The notes beneath the pieces are model-generated. The model was not told where the DNA came from. It searched no databases and saw only the letters and a list, made by a program, of their open reading frames with translations. From a virus, in the IMG/VR virus record IMGVR_UViG_3300045988_154892: a DNA stretch of 64,000 nt. One strand, written 5' to 3'. This document shows positions 55,334 through 64,000 of this stretch, in pieces (position 1 is the first letter of the stretch; the number at the start of each line of letters is the position of its first letter). Made by a program: the position numbers and the translations under genes.

Positions 55334-55515
55334 TTATGGCATATAAGAGAAAGACGAAAGATTGTTATGTAATTGAAGGAAATTGTGGTTATGGATGGTA
55401 TATTGAGTGTAATTGCGAAGACTACGCGGATGCAAAAGCACAATTGAAAAAATACAGAGAAAACGTAATTTACCCTGTGCGAATTAAGAGATGGAGAGAA
55501 AGGATTGATGATTGA
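55330..55515 (+). CDS. hypothetical protein
   Basis: 61-aa ORF overlapping the upstream stop. Confidence 0.5.
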   Translation: MIMAYKRKTKDCYVIEGNCGYGWYIECNCEDYADAKAQLKKYRENVIYPVRIKRWRERIDD

Positions 55516-55840
55516 TATGCAGATTATTGATAGAGTAGTAATGGCAGATGGAACAAAAATACAGCTTGAAGATTGGCATAGTGAAAATTCAGAAAAATAT
55601 CCAGATTTGCATGGATACACAATTAGTGCTTATCCGATAGCGAAAAATACAAGTAGATTTGGTTGGATAAGAAAAGGTGAAACGTTCAGACTTGCTATTG
55701 CCAGAAATGAATATGCAAATTACACAGATGATATGGTACTTGCAGATTATGAAGCGTTAAAGAATGGAACAAAAACTCTTACAGATTTAAAAGCACATTT
55801 TTGGAATCATCAGAGAGATTGTTTTGTACTTGGATTATAG
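55505..55840 (+). CDS. hypothetical protein
   Basis: 111-aa ORF. An alternative ATG lies at 55517. Confidence 0.5.
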   Translation: MMIDMQIIDRVVMADGTKIQLEDWHSENSEKYPDLHGYTISAYPIAKNTSRFGWIRKGETFRLAIARNEYANYTDDMVLADYEALKNGTKTLTDLKAHFWNHQRDCFVLGL

Positions 55841-55853
55841 GAGGTAGAAAACT

Positions 55854-56093
55854 ATGCAGAAAACATTAAAAGAAATGCTGATCGAAGCTGGTTATCCAGA
55901 AAGCGAAATGGATCACGAAATGGATCATCATTATTCTGATTTATATGTATATGTAACACCACTTACAACAAAGGTAATTAAAGAATGGTGTAAGGCACAT
56001 GATTACAGAATGGCTTGGCATTGTCCTATATTTAAAGACCAGATAACAGGCAGAATGATGTATGATTGTGCATTTCAGTGGTATGAGAAGTAG
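55854..56093 (+). CDS. hypothetical protein
   Basis: 79-aa ORF with RBS TAGGAGG. Confidence 0.55.
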   Translation: MQKTLKEMLIEAGYPESEMDHEMDHHYSDLYVYVTPLTTKVIKEWCKAHDYRMAWHCPIFKDQITGRMMYDCAFQWYEK

Positions 56094-56138
56094 TAAATAA
56101 AATATTAGTTTTATAAAGAAAAAAGAGAGGTAAAGATC

Positions 56139-56651
56139 ATGAGAATTAACGAAGTAAAAGAGACAAGAGAAGTATTAGTAAGAACAGAGTACGTTGCAGA
56201 AGATGGAATTGTATTTAGAAGCGAAGAAGAGTGTAAGAAATATGAGGAATCAGCACTGTTTGCAATTAGTAAAGAGTTAAAGAGACTGACAAAAGATAAT
56301 ACATCTCAAAGTGAAATTAATGATAATTTTTCATGTGATGATACTGTAGAAATTTTTGATGTACAGACAGAAAGAGATTTAGAAAATCTTAGAAGATATT
56401 TATATCTTAAAGCAAGAAATAATGGAGCATCCGAAAGTAGTGTGAATGATTGTTTTAAATCAACAAATGGAACAAGAAATAGTTATGTGTTCAGTAATGT
56501 AACATATGGACACGAAGTAATGGTCTTTTGGGATTATGAGGAACAGTGGTTCTGGGTATACGGAGATGGTAGCATTGAGGCATTTTGTAATTTCCATAAG
56601 GATAAAATCACAAAGCTTATTACTTCAAAGGAGAAAAATGCAAATGCTTGA
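56139..56651 (+). CDS. hypothetical protein
   Basis: 170-aa ORF with RBS AGAGAGG. Confidence 0.55.
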   Translation: MRINEVKETREVLVRTEYVAEDGIVFRSEEECKKYEESALFAISKELKRLTKDNTSQSEINDNFSCDDTVEIFDVQTERDLENLRRYLYLKARNNGASESSVNDCFKSTNGTRNSYVFSNVTYGHEVMVFWDYEEQWFWVYGDGSIEAFCNFHKDKITKLITSKEKNANA

Positions 56652-56799
56652 TATAACATTCAAATACAGAGATGAAATGAGTAACTGGAAATGGAGAACG
56701 CAAAGCTGCGTAGTATCATCTGTTGAAGAATGTAAAAGAATTTATGGTCTTGACAATGGCGATGTTGAATACGAGATTTTAGAAGTCAAAGAAGAATAA
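56638..56799 (+). CDS. hypothetical small protein
   Basis: Start set at MQMLDITFKY (ATG 56638) behind AAGGAGA. It overlaps the upstream gene end. Confidence 0.5.
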   Translation: MQMLDITFKYRDEMSNWKWRTQSCVVSSVEECKRIYGLDNGDVEYEILEVKEE

Positions 56800-56812
56800 T
56801 ACAGAGAATAAT

Positions 56813-56847
56813 AAGGCAGATGCAGAAATGTATCTGTCTTATTTATT
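56813..56847 (+). terminator. intrinsic terminator (AAGGCAG...CTGYCTT family)
   Basis: AAGGCAGAU-10 nt-AUCUGUCUU (one G-U pair) followed by AUUUAUU. Confidence 0.65.
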
Positions 56848-56864
56848 AGGAAGGAGAATGTAAA

Positions 56865-57608
56865 ATGAAACAGAATCAGGTTTGTTATTACATTGAGGAT
56901 AGTCAGCTTGGAATGCATGTATCATATGGAATATATGAGCATAAAACAACATGTACTTACAAGGTATCACGGTTAAGACCACCAGAAATAAGACTAATAA
57001 ATGGAGTTCCATTTGACGATTTTCAGTCAGAAACGGAATTTAAAAAAGTTCCTAAAGGATGGACATATAGCACTGATTTATATACCGTAACAGAGAACCT
57101 TGATAAAAAAGAAAAAATCAATGCAGCAATGAAAGGTAGATATGTTACATGTCCATCGGATCTTCAGTGGCTATTTGATAATGGTTATCTTGTTAAGGTT
57201 CCTGATGTAGAAGAGAAAATTGAAGTAGAGTTTGATCATGATAGATACCGGTTATTAAAGAAATGCCCTGCATGGACTTTATGTTATGGACAACATAACA
57301 CAGAATATCCAAATAAAGTTTTTGAAACATATGCAGAAGCAGAAATGTATATGGAAGAACTGAAATGTAATAGAGAAAAAGAATCTGCTTTATTATCATG
57401 GGTAGAGTTTTATGAGACTATGGAATGGGCGCTTGAAAAGTATGAAGCGGATCATGGCGGAAAGGAAATTGAAAAAATTAGACAGAAGTTGCTTGATAAA
57501 CCCAGGGCGTATGATGCAGTAATTCGATATTACAGAGGTGAAATTCTGATTTGCAGCAGAGAAGAACATAGAAAAAATACACATGCAGAGTGGACAAAGG
57601 TAGCATAA
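56865..57608 (+). CDS. hypothetical protein
   Basis: 247-aa ORF with RBS AAGGAGA. Confidence 0.6.
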   Translation: MKQNQVCYYIEDSQLGMHVSYGIYEHKTTCTYKVSRLRPPEIRLINGVPFDDFQSETEFKKVPKGWTYSTDLYTVTENLDKKEKINAAMKGRYVTCPSDLQWLFDNGYLVKVPDVEEKIEVEFDHDRYRLLKKCPAWTLCYGQHNTEYPNKVFETYAEAEMYMEELKCNREKESALLSWVEFYETMEWALEKYEADHGGKEIEKIRQKLLDKPRAYDAVIRYYRGEILICSREEHRKNTHAEWTKVA

Positions 57609-57628
57609 GAAAGGAAGGATAAAATAAT

Positions 57629-58807
57629 ATGATCAAATTTACGATGAACGCAAAAGAACTCAAAACCATGATGGATAAAGCAATGACGGTAGTAAATAAA
57701 AAAGCATCTGTTCCGAGTCTTAAAAGACTGTACTTCTCGATTGATGATAAGGGAATTTTAAAAATTCTTAGTACAGATATTGAGCATTATGTCGAAGCAA
57801 GAACAGAAAATACGTACCATACAGAACCTGGTATGTTCGGAATCGACATTGAAGATATTAAAATTATTTCAAAAATGTCAGGAGAAATTACCATAGAAGA
57901 TATCACATCAGATAAAGAAGAGAAAATCAATATCAAGTGTGGCAAGAAAAATGTTTTTATTCCACGATTTGAAAATACAGATGTTTCTCTTCCGGTATTA
58001 GATAACGGAGAAAACATTCTGGATGTAAAAGAAAACTGGTTATCTGAAACAATTTCTAATTTGTCAGTATTTGTGTCAAATAGAGAAGAAGTCAATCGGA
58101 TGATGAGCGTGTTCAATTTTAATACAAAAGAGAAACGTGTAGAGGCATTATGGAACTGTATGATCGGAATGCGACAGTTAGAAGATGATATGATTCTTAA
58201 AGAAATAGAAAATCCGTTTGAAACAGTGAAGCTGCATTGCAGATGCGTTCCAGTGTTTAAGAAATTATTGGACAAAAAATCAGAAAGGAAAGTCATTATT
58301 TCTCAGAATGATAATTATGTAAAAGTAGAAAGTGAAAACTTTACATATATTACAAAAAGAATTGATGGTGAATACTTCAAAGTAAATCAGATGTTGTCAG
58401 ATGAATGGGATTATAAATTTACTGCAAATGCAAAAGAGCTATTAGAGGCAATGAAGTACGACGCAGACCTTTTGAAAGAATCGAAATTGCCAGTTACATT
58501 TCATGCAGAAAATGGAAATTTATACTCATATGCAGGAACAATAAAATATGAAGCGTTTGATGAAATTGAAGTTAAAGAAAAACCTGAAAAAGATTTCTAT
58601 ATTGGCTTTAATCCAAATTTTCTTGTGGATGTAATGAGTATCGTAGATTCTGAATACCCGATTTTCTATGGAACAAAAGAAGTTTGCCCGTGGATTATTA
58701 AGGGAGATACATATAGTTTCTTGATTCTGCCAGTCAATATTAAAGATGTTAAAGTTAAAGCAGAAGAGAAGATCGCAAAATATATTACAATGAGTAAAAC
58801 AGCATGA
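57629..58807 (+). CDS. DNA polymerase III beta sliding clamp-like protein
   Basis: 392 aa. MIKFTMNAKELKTMMDKAMTVVNKKASVPSLKRLYFSIDDKGILKILSTDIEHYV follows the DnaN N-terminal pattern. Three-domain length. Confidence 0.75.
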   Translation: MIKFTMNAKELKTMMDKAMTVVNKKASVPSLKRLYFSIDDKGILKILSTDIEHYVEARTENTYHTEPGMFGIDIEDIKIISKMSGEITIEDITSDKEEKINIKCGKKNVFIPRFENTDVSLPVLDNGENILDVKENWLSETISNLSVFVSNREEVNRMMSVFNFNTKEKRVEALWNCMIGMRQLEDDMILKEIENPFETVKLHCRCVPVFKKLLDKKSERKVIISQNDNYVKVESENFTYITKRIDGEYFKVNQMLSDEWDYKFTANAKELLEAMKYDADLLKESKLPVTFHAENGNLYSYAGTIKYEAFDEIEVKEKPEKDFYIGFNPNFLVDVMSIVDSEYPIFYGTKEVCPWIIKGDTYSFLILPVNIKDVKVKAEEKIAKYITMSKTA

Positions 58808-58820
58808 TGGAGGAATAATT

Positions 58821-59048
58821 ATGATTTGTATGTTAATTAAACGAGTAGAAGAAGGATATGAAGTAGACGGAGAGTTTATGGGATATGGAAACAGGAACAT
58901 TATAGAAGCATTTGCGATGGAAGGAATTGACCTTAAAAAAGAAATGAATGATATGAAAATCGGAGAAGTGAAAGTTTGGAATATTGGCTGGTATCCAAAT
59001 GATCGGATTCATAGAAGATATTTACCGGGAGAATTAGTAACCTGTTAA
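58821..59048 (+). CDS. hypothetical protein
   Basis: 75-aa ORF with RBS TGGAGGA. Confidence 0.55.
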   Translation: MICMLIKRVEEGYEVDGEFMGYGNRNIIEAFAMEGIDLKKEMNDMKIGEVKVWNIGWYPNDRIHRRYLPGELVTC

Positions 59049-59085
59049 AAGAATTGCGTGTTTCATTAGAAAGGAAAGGTAAGAT

Positions 59086-59652
59086 ATGAGTAGAAAGTAT
59101 GATATTAGAATTTGTAAATGTGGACGGATTCATGCTATCCCAAATGAGAGGATTGAAAAGGCATTAGATGCTGATAAAAACTTCCTTCTTATTTGTGCAG
59201 CATGTGGAAATGCAACTCTGATTGGTGCAGATATTTCGCCTGATTGGGACGATCCATCAAAAGATTGTTATGAAATGTATTCGGCAGATTTTTCTTCATA
59301 CGAAGATAAAGTAATCAATACAGATACATTTAAGGAAAATGAGAAAGAAAAGGCAGTAGAAGAAATTTTTTACAGTCACGGGATCAAAGTTCCTATGAAA
59401 ACAGGTCAGTATGCAACAGACTACTTTAACGGCAGATTTTCTGATAGATGGTATCCTGATTTTTATAAAATTCAGAGAACGGATATTACAGTAAAGGAAA
59501 TCATGGACTTTATTGATGAATATACACACGACAGAACTACAGTAAATATGAATAGATTTATCAATGAAACACCCGACGATGTACTTGACGAGTTATCCAA
59601 TTATCTGATTGATGGGTTAGATTGGAAGGGAACTAAATTTGAAAAAGAGTGA
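59086..59652 (+). CDS. hypothetical protein with N-terminal CxC...CxxC
   Basis: 188-aa ORF with RBS GAAAGGAAAGG. Confidence 0.55.
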   Translation: MSRKYDIRICKCGRIHAIPNERIEKALDADKNFLLICAACGNATLIGADISPDWDDPSKDCYEMYSADFSSYEDKVINTDTFKENEKEKAVEEIFYSHGIKVPMKTGQYATDYFNGRFSDRWYPDFYKIQRTDITVKEIMDFIDEYTHDRTTVNMNRFINETPDDVLDELSNYLIDGLDWKGTKFEKE

Positions 59653-59698
59653 CACAAGTAAGAAATTCGCATTTCAAAAGTAGATTGGAGGAAATTTT

Positions 59699-60016
59699 AT
59701 GGTACAAACAATAAAAATATCAAGCGAGGAAATGAATTTAATTAATGATTTACTCAATCTTACAGGAGATGAAATTTATCAGAAATATGGATATAAGAGA
59801 GATGAAACAATTACGCACACCGCAAAATTTCCAAACGGAATTGAAGCAGATATTAAGTTAGTACTTTGTGAAGAAGAAGCTCCATATACAGAAGGTGTAT
59901 TATTCCATAATGGATTTGAACTGACATGCACAGAACCAGATTGTACATATGACGGTGAATGGAACTTTGAACATAATGGAATTGAATACACTGTTCTCGT
60001 GGAAGTAGAAAATTGA
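59699..60016 (+). CDS. hypothetical protein
   Basis: 105-aa ORF with RBS TGGAGGA. Confidence 0.55.
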   Translation: MVQTIKISSEEMNLINDLLNLTGDEIYQKYGYKRDETITHTAKFPNGIEADIKLVLCEEEAPYTEGVLFHNGFELTCTEPDCTYDGEWNFEHNGIEYTVLVEVEN

Positions 60017-60055
60017 AGAAACTAAGATTTCTTTATAAGATTAGAGGTAAATAAG

Positions 60056-60340
60056 ATGTTTAAAGTTGGCGATTTAGTATATGTATCTAATCCAGATACA
60101 GAATACGAAAAGGAATATGGAGAGAGAACACATAGAAGCTTCTTTGGTACAGTAACAGATGTTACAGAATATACAGATGAAATTTGTGTAGAAGTGAAAT
60201 TCCCTGCAACACCAAACGGATGTGCAATGGAATGGAGTTATGATGCAAATGAATTGTCACTTGCAAAGAAACTTAAAGATATGACTATTGAGGAGTTGAG
60301 CAATAAATTCAACCTTCAGATTTTTGCAGAGTATCTGTAA
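60056..60340 (+). CDS. hypothetical protein
   Basis: 94-aa ORF with RBS AGAGG. Confidence 0.55.
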   Translation: MFKVGDLVYVSNPDTEYEKEYGERTHRSFFGTVTDVTEYTDEICVEVKFPATPNGCAMEWSYDANELSLAKKLKDMTIEELSNKFNLQIFAEYL

Positions 60341-60374
60341 TGTTTAGCAACTAAACAAAATAATGCAACCGTAA

Positions 60375-60415
60375 AGGCAGTTAGGAGAATAAATACCTAG
60401 CTGCCTATTTTATTA
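60375..60415 (+). terminator. intrinsic terminator (AGGCAG...CTGCCT family)
   Basis: AGGCAGUUAGG-10 nt-CCUAGCUGCCU (one U-G pair) followed by AUUUUAUU. Confidence 0.7.
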
Positions 60416-60434
60416 CAGAGAAGGGAGAATAATT

Positions 60435-60620
60435 ATGAGAGACTTACGGCCAGGAGATAGAATTCATTGCCAAGGCATTGTATGTACAATTAAAGAGATT
60501 GCATGGCAGGAGCCGTGGAAATGGAGAGAGGCATATTACTTAGAATTTCGTGATACAAATGGAGTTTATAGGTCGTGGAAACAGAATTACGATGGCGGAT
60601 ATGCGGAGTTGGTAGATTAA
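60435..60620 (+). CDS. hypothetical protein
   Basis: 61-aa ORF with RBS AAGGGAG. Confidence 0.55.
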   Translation: MRDLRPGDRIHCQGIVCTIKEIAWQEPWKWREAYYLEFRDTNGVYRSWKQNYDGGYAELVD

Positions 60621-60648
60621 GACAATAGATAAAATGGAGATGTGAAGT

Positions 60649-61047
60649 ATGGATTATGAGACAAAGCACAGATTATGGGGATACTATGAGGCGATTCAAA
60701 TTTGTAAAGAACTGTGTGAACAGCAAGGATACGATGTAAATGAAATATGCGGAGATCAAATTCTCAAAAGGAAAAGAAAAATCCGTGATATCTATAAACA
60801 AGAAAACAAAAAACCAGAAAGACATATTGTGCATGATAATGGAATTGACGGGTATATTGAATTATTTCAACTTCCAGAAGAAATCACTACAAGGGAAACA
60901 GCGGATGAATGGTTTCAATATAATAAATATATGGAATGTATTCCTTCTGCATTTGATTGCACAGGACAGAGATTTACGAGTTGGTACAAGCTTGTTAAAA
61001 GAAACGGAAGATGGTGGGCTTACCATTGCATTTCTATGGATGTGTAA
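60649..61047 (+). CDS. hypothetical protein
   Basis: 132-aa ORF with RBS TGGAGA. Preferred over the overlapping alternate frame 60740-61060. Confidence 0.55.
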   Translation: MDYETKHRLWGYYEAIQICKELCEQQGYDVNEICGDQILKRKRKIRDIYKQENKKPERHIVHDNGIDGYIELFQLPEEITTRETADEWFQYNKYMECIPSAFDCTGQRFTSWYKLVKRNGRWWAYHCISMDV

Positions 61048-61095
61048 AAACAATACGTGAATTAATTCAAATAATAATGAAAAGGATAAAAAAGA

Positions 61096-61287
61096 ATGAA
61101 TGTTTTGAGAGTCGAATTAGTAAGAGAATTTGGTAGATTAAGAACATATAAAATTATATACAACGAGGACATTGAGTTTGAAACAACACTTGTAGAAAAA
61201 ACATTCAATTATGGCGAAGGAATAGTTGGTGTTATCCCTGAAGCTGTACTTGATTTTGTTGAGAAATGGATTCTTGAAGAGATTTGA
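61096..61287 (+). CDS. hypothetical protein
   Basis: 63-aa ORF with RBS AAAGGA. Confidence 0.5.
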   Translation: MNVLRVELVREFGRLRTYKIIYNEDIEFETTLVEKTFNYGEGIVGVIPEAVLDFVEKWILEEI

Positions 61288-61299
61288 AAAAGAGAGACG

Positions 61300-61509
61300 G
61301 TGAAAATTGTGGTAATAAAAATCTATAGAAATAAGAAAAATAAAAATAAATATATTGAAGTTCATAATGACGGATATTATCACAATGCCGTCAAACAGTA
61401 TATGTACTGGACAGAAGTCAATGTTAAAAATCTATTAGGAGATAGAAAACTACATAGATGGAGAAAAGGAAATTTAAAAGAATTACTTGAAGATTATGAG
61501 GAGGTTTAA
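61300..61509 (+). CDS. hypothetical basic protein
   Basis: 69-aa ORF with a GTG start. Confidence 0.45.
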   Translation: MKIVVIKIYRNKKNKNKYIEVHNDGYYHNAVKQYMYWTEVNVKNLLGDRKLHRWRKGNLKELLEDYEEV

Positions 61510-61512
61510 ATT

Positions 61513-61725
61513 ATGTATATGCATATTCACACTACTGAAGAAAATTATGAATACAGAATGAAAAACATTATAAAGGCACTCGTCAAAGATTATGGACTTA
61601 ATGAATTAAATCCGGAAGAATTACAATATAAGATATGGACAGACTATGCAAAGGAATTTGCTCATGCCGTTTTACAAGATATGGTTGATTTTTCCGGTGA
61701 CGAATTGTTTGAGATTGGAGAGTAA
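61513..61725 (+). CDS. hypothetical protein
   Basis: 70-aa ORF with RBS GAGGAGG. Confidence 0.55.
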   Translation: MYMHIHTTEENYEYRMKNIIKALVKDYGLNELNPEELQYKIWTDYAKEFAHAVLQDMVDFSGDELFEIGE

Positions 61726-61791
61726 AATATGGATTTTTACGGATAGAATAGCAATTCCAAAAGAGAGAATAACATAACGAGATAGATAAAA

Positions 61792-61818
61792 GCAGAGAAC
61801 GCCATCTCTGCTTTTTCT
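61792..61818 (+). terminator. intrinsic terminator
   Basis: GCAGAGA-6 nt-UCUCUGC followed by UUUUUCU. Confidence 0.65.
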
Positions 61819-61846
61819 ATAAATACATACAAGGAGGTGTGTAGCT

Positions 61847-61939
61847 ATGCCGTACATGAAATACGGAAACTGGTATATCCCAGGATGCAGCATTGCTTTT
61901 CCAACAGAACAAGAAGCCTGGGAATATATTGAAGGCTAA
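61847..61939 (+). CDS. tiny ORF (30 aa)
   Basis: AAGGAGG RBS. MPYMKYGNWYIPGCSIAFPTEQEAWEYIEG. Confidence 0.35.
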   Translation: MPYMKYGNWYIPGCSIAFPTEQEAWEYIEG

Positions 61940-62020
61940 CAACAATGGGGCAATGGAAATTCCATGTAAGTCCCCCAATTCCTTGAATAGTTATTATAAC
62001 AGAAAGTGAGAGAGATGTAA

Positions 62021-62260
62021 ATGAATAAAACAGAATGTGAAAATTGTAAAAGAGTTATGGAAGAAGGAATTCGAAATGCAAATCAGGCGATTAAAGAATT
62101 TACAGAAGCAAATGAAACCGATAACAGAGTGCATTTTGAAACTTTACGGATGAAAGCTGAAAATCACAGAGGATATGCAGAAGGTATTCTTCAGGCACTT
62201 GTATGTATTGGTTTTAAGCATGATCGGATGAGAGAGTTAGAAGATTTACTCGGAATTTAG
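62021..62260 (+). CDS. hypothetical protein
   Basis: 79-aa ORF with RBS GAGAGAG. Confidence 0.55.
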   Translation: MNKTECENCKRVMEEGIRNANQAIKEFTEANETDNRVHFETLRMKAENHRGYAEGILQALVCIGFKHDRMRELEDLLGI

Positions 62261-62271
62261 GAGGAACGGAA

Positions 62272-62424
62272 ATGGAACATTGGGAAAATGACTATGAAGA
62301 CAAAATCTTATCATATCAGGAAAGTGAAACAGATGAATGTGGCAGCTGTGAGTATAAGCAGAATTGTAGAAGTCAATGTATGGAAATTGTTGCAACATAC
62401 AATCCTAATTTAAAAGCGAGGTAA
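62272..62424 (+). CDS. small Cys-rich ORF (50 aa, below ORF-track cutoff)
   Basis: AGGAGGA RBS. MEHWENDYEDKILSYQESETDECGSCEYKQNCRSQCMEIV... Confidence 0.45.
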   Translation: MEHWENDYEDKILSYQESETDECGSCEYKQNCRSQCMEIVATYNPNLKAR

Positions 62425-62515
62425 CTGAACGTGGCAAGATTTGATATGGTAGAACCCATAAATTAATATTAGATGAAACAAGATTTTCATTTGAAGATTG
62501 GAGGGGAAAAATATT

Positions 62516-62833
62516 ATGAGGAAATATGAAGTTATTGAGGATAATGGCGGTGGATTAACTTTAGTTGTTTTTAATAAAAATGGTAAAGTCGATTATTTAC
62601 ATAGCGGATATGAATATGGGAAACATGGAAGGTTAATATGTGATTTAGAAGCATTAAAAAATGGAGATAATCCAGTTGCGGATTGGGATGGTAATGAAGA
62701 TAATCCACAAGCAGTATATGATAACATAGTATCTTTTGAATATGGATGGGAAATTGTGGCTGACAATGATGGCATGTACCCTGATAAAATGGGATGTGCT
62801 GCTTGTTTTGAATTTGGAATAAAAAAGGAATAG
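62516..62833 (+). CDS. hypothetical protein
   Basis: Start set at MRKYEVIEDNGGG behind GGAGGGG. 105 aa. Confidence 0.55.
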   Translation: MRKYEVIEDNGGGLTLVVFNKNGKVDYLHSGYEYGKHGRLICDLEALKNGDNPVADWDGNEDNPQAVYDNIVSFEYGWEIVADNDGMYPDKMGCAACFEFGIKKE

Positions 62834-62835
62834 AG

Positions 62836-63693
62836 GTGTTGTATGTGGAGAATAAAAAACAAGTAGCAATATATATACGTGTAAGCACACTCGATCAAGC
62901 CCGTGAAGGATATTCTTTAGATGCACAAGAAAAAACGCTTAGGAAATGGTGTGAGGAACGGAAATATAATGTTTATGATTTGTATGCAGATAAAGGAATT
63001 TCAGGGAAGGATATTGAACATAGACCAGATATAAATAGACTTCTAAATGATGCAAAAAATGGTAAATTCGATCTGGTTTTATTTTGGGCGCTTAGTAGAT
63101 TTACAAGAAGTGTATCAGATTTATATTTAACAATGGAAAAATTCCAGAAATGGAATGTATCTATGATATCATATACAGAATCATTTGATACTTCAACGCC
63201 AATGGGAAGAGCAATGATTGGGGTTGTTGGTGTATTCGCACAATTAGAAAGAGAACTGACAAGTGAAAGAGTCAGTGCTGCTATGCTAGAGAGAGCAGCA
63301 CAAGGAAAACGTACTTGTTCTGAAATATTAGGATATGATTTAGATGGAAAAGATTCGTTTAAAATCAATAAAAAAGAAGCAGAATATGTGCGTTTTTGTT
63401 TTTCTGAGTATTCGTTAAGAAAAAATTTATCAGAAGTTGCGAAAGAAGCAAGAGAAAGAGGATTTAAAGGTAAGAGAGGCAAAGTTCCAACAGCTTATAG
63501 TGTTCAAAAAATTCTTACACGAACACAATATTGTGGGTACAATATTTTTTGTGGAGAAACTTATAAAGGAAATTTTGAGCCAATTATAGATGTTGAAACA
63601 TATAATAAAACTTTATCGTTACTTAAACGACAAGGGAAAAATGTTGGTAGGAGAAGAATAAAACCATTAATAAAAATTGAGACAATGAAATGA
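62836..63693 (+). CDS. serine recombinase (resolvase domain plus recombinase domain, short form)
   Basis: VAIYIRVSTLDQ (catalytic Ser), ALSRFTRS, GVFAQLERELTSERV, then a recombinase-domain-like segment. 285 aa with a GTG start. No zinc-ribbon/coiled-coil tail. Confidence 0.85.
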   Translation: MLYVENKKQVAIYIRVSTLDQAREGYSLDAQEKTLRKWCEERKYNVYDLYADKGISGKDIEHRPDINRLLNDAKNGKFDLVLFWALSRFTRSVSDLYLTMEKFQKWNVSMISYTESFDTSTPMGRAMIGVVGVFAQLERELTSERVSAAMLERAAQGKRTCSEILGYDLDGKDSFKINKKEAEYVRFCFSEYSLRKNLSEVAKEARERGFKGKRGKVPTAYSVQKILTRTQYCGYNIFCGETYKGNFEPIIDVETYNKTLSLLKRQGKNVGRRRIKPLIKIETMK

Positions 63694-63721
63694 GGATTTA
63701 CTAGGAAAGAGAGGTTTTTAT

Positions 63722-64000
63722 ATGAGAGGAATACTAACAGATAGCATTCAAGAAAAAGCGGTGGCATTCTTGAATAGAACAATTTCACAAAAGGAACTTA
63801 GATTATATCCGTATATAGACTATTCAATAAAAAATGCATGTCAAGGATGGAGCTATTCAAAAATGGATGAAGAAGAAATTGAAATTCTAAACAGATTATA
63901 CGATGAAAGACATATTATTTATTCGCCTGAAAAAATAATTGTAACTAGAAATTTTTATAATTATATGCAAGATGTGTTAGCGATGGGATATGTTGAAGAA
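63722..64000 (+). CDS. hypothetical protein, N-terminal part (ORF runs off window end)
   Basis: ATG 63722 behind GGAAAGAGAGG. 93 open codons to the window edge (MRGILTDSIQEKAVAFLNRT...). Confidence 0.5.
   Translation, partial: MRGILTDSIQEKAVAFLNRTISQKELRLYPYIDYSIKNACQGWSYSKMDEEEIEILNRLYDERHIIYSPEKIIVTRNFYNYMQDVLAMGYVEE

Noticed and set aside
1-64000. CRISPR arrays, reverse transcriptase (retron/DGR), rRNA, stop-codon reassignment
   Set aside because: I saw no regularly spaced direct repeats, no YxDD-type polymerase ORF and no rRNA-like sequence. Long uninterrupted ORFs in the standard code and non-suppressor anticodons argue against recoding.

Overview
The window reads as one contiguous piece of a low-GC, Firmicutes-type temperate phage, with no host housekeeping genes. 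Positions 1-43.2 kb are transcribed leftward. This arm holds a virion and lysis module (terminase, portal, scaffold-like protein, capsid, tail protein, holin). Next comes a lysogeny/moron module (tyrosine integrase, candidate attP, DUF262 protein, three tRNAs). It ends with a DNA/RNA metabolism module: YonO-like single-subunit RNA polymerase, UvrD-like helicase, dCMP deaminase, PIN-PhoH, ClpP-like protease, metallophosphoesterase, HU, two antirepressor-like proteins and two free-standing HNH homing endonucleases. The centre (43.2-45.5 kb) is a non-coding control region with a C-depleted tract, DnaA boxes, iteron-like repeats, a small RHH-like gene and consensus promoters. From 45.5 kb to the end, transcription runs rightward through about 50 small early-type genes. 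These include a HigB/HigA-like pair, an HTH-ParB-like protein and a sliding clamp, and the arm ends with a short serine recombinase. The most unusual content is RNA, and every RNA call below rests on hand-found pairings with no covariance-model search. Candidates are an ~870-nt ORF-free structured region flanked by tRNAs, an ~390-nt self-closing plus-strand RNA with a perfect promoter and terminator beside int, two covarying ~260-nt paralogous elements, a candidate group I intron splitting a structural gene, a conserved three-way-junction leader on both HNH genes, and a ~600-nt leader followed by stacked terminators. No CRISPR array, reverse transcriptase or rRNA was seen.
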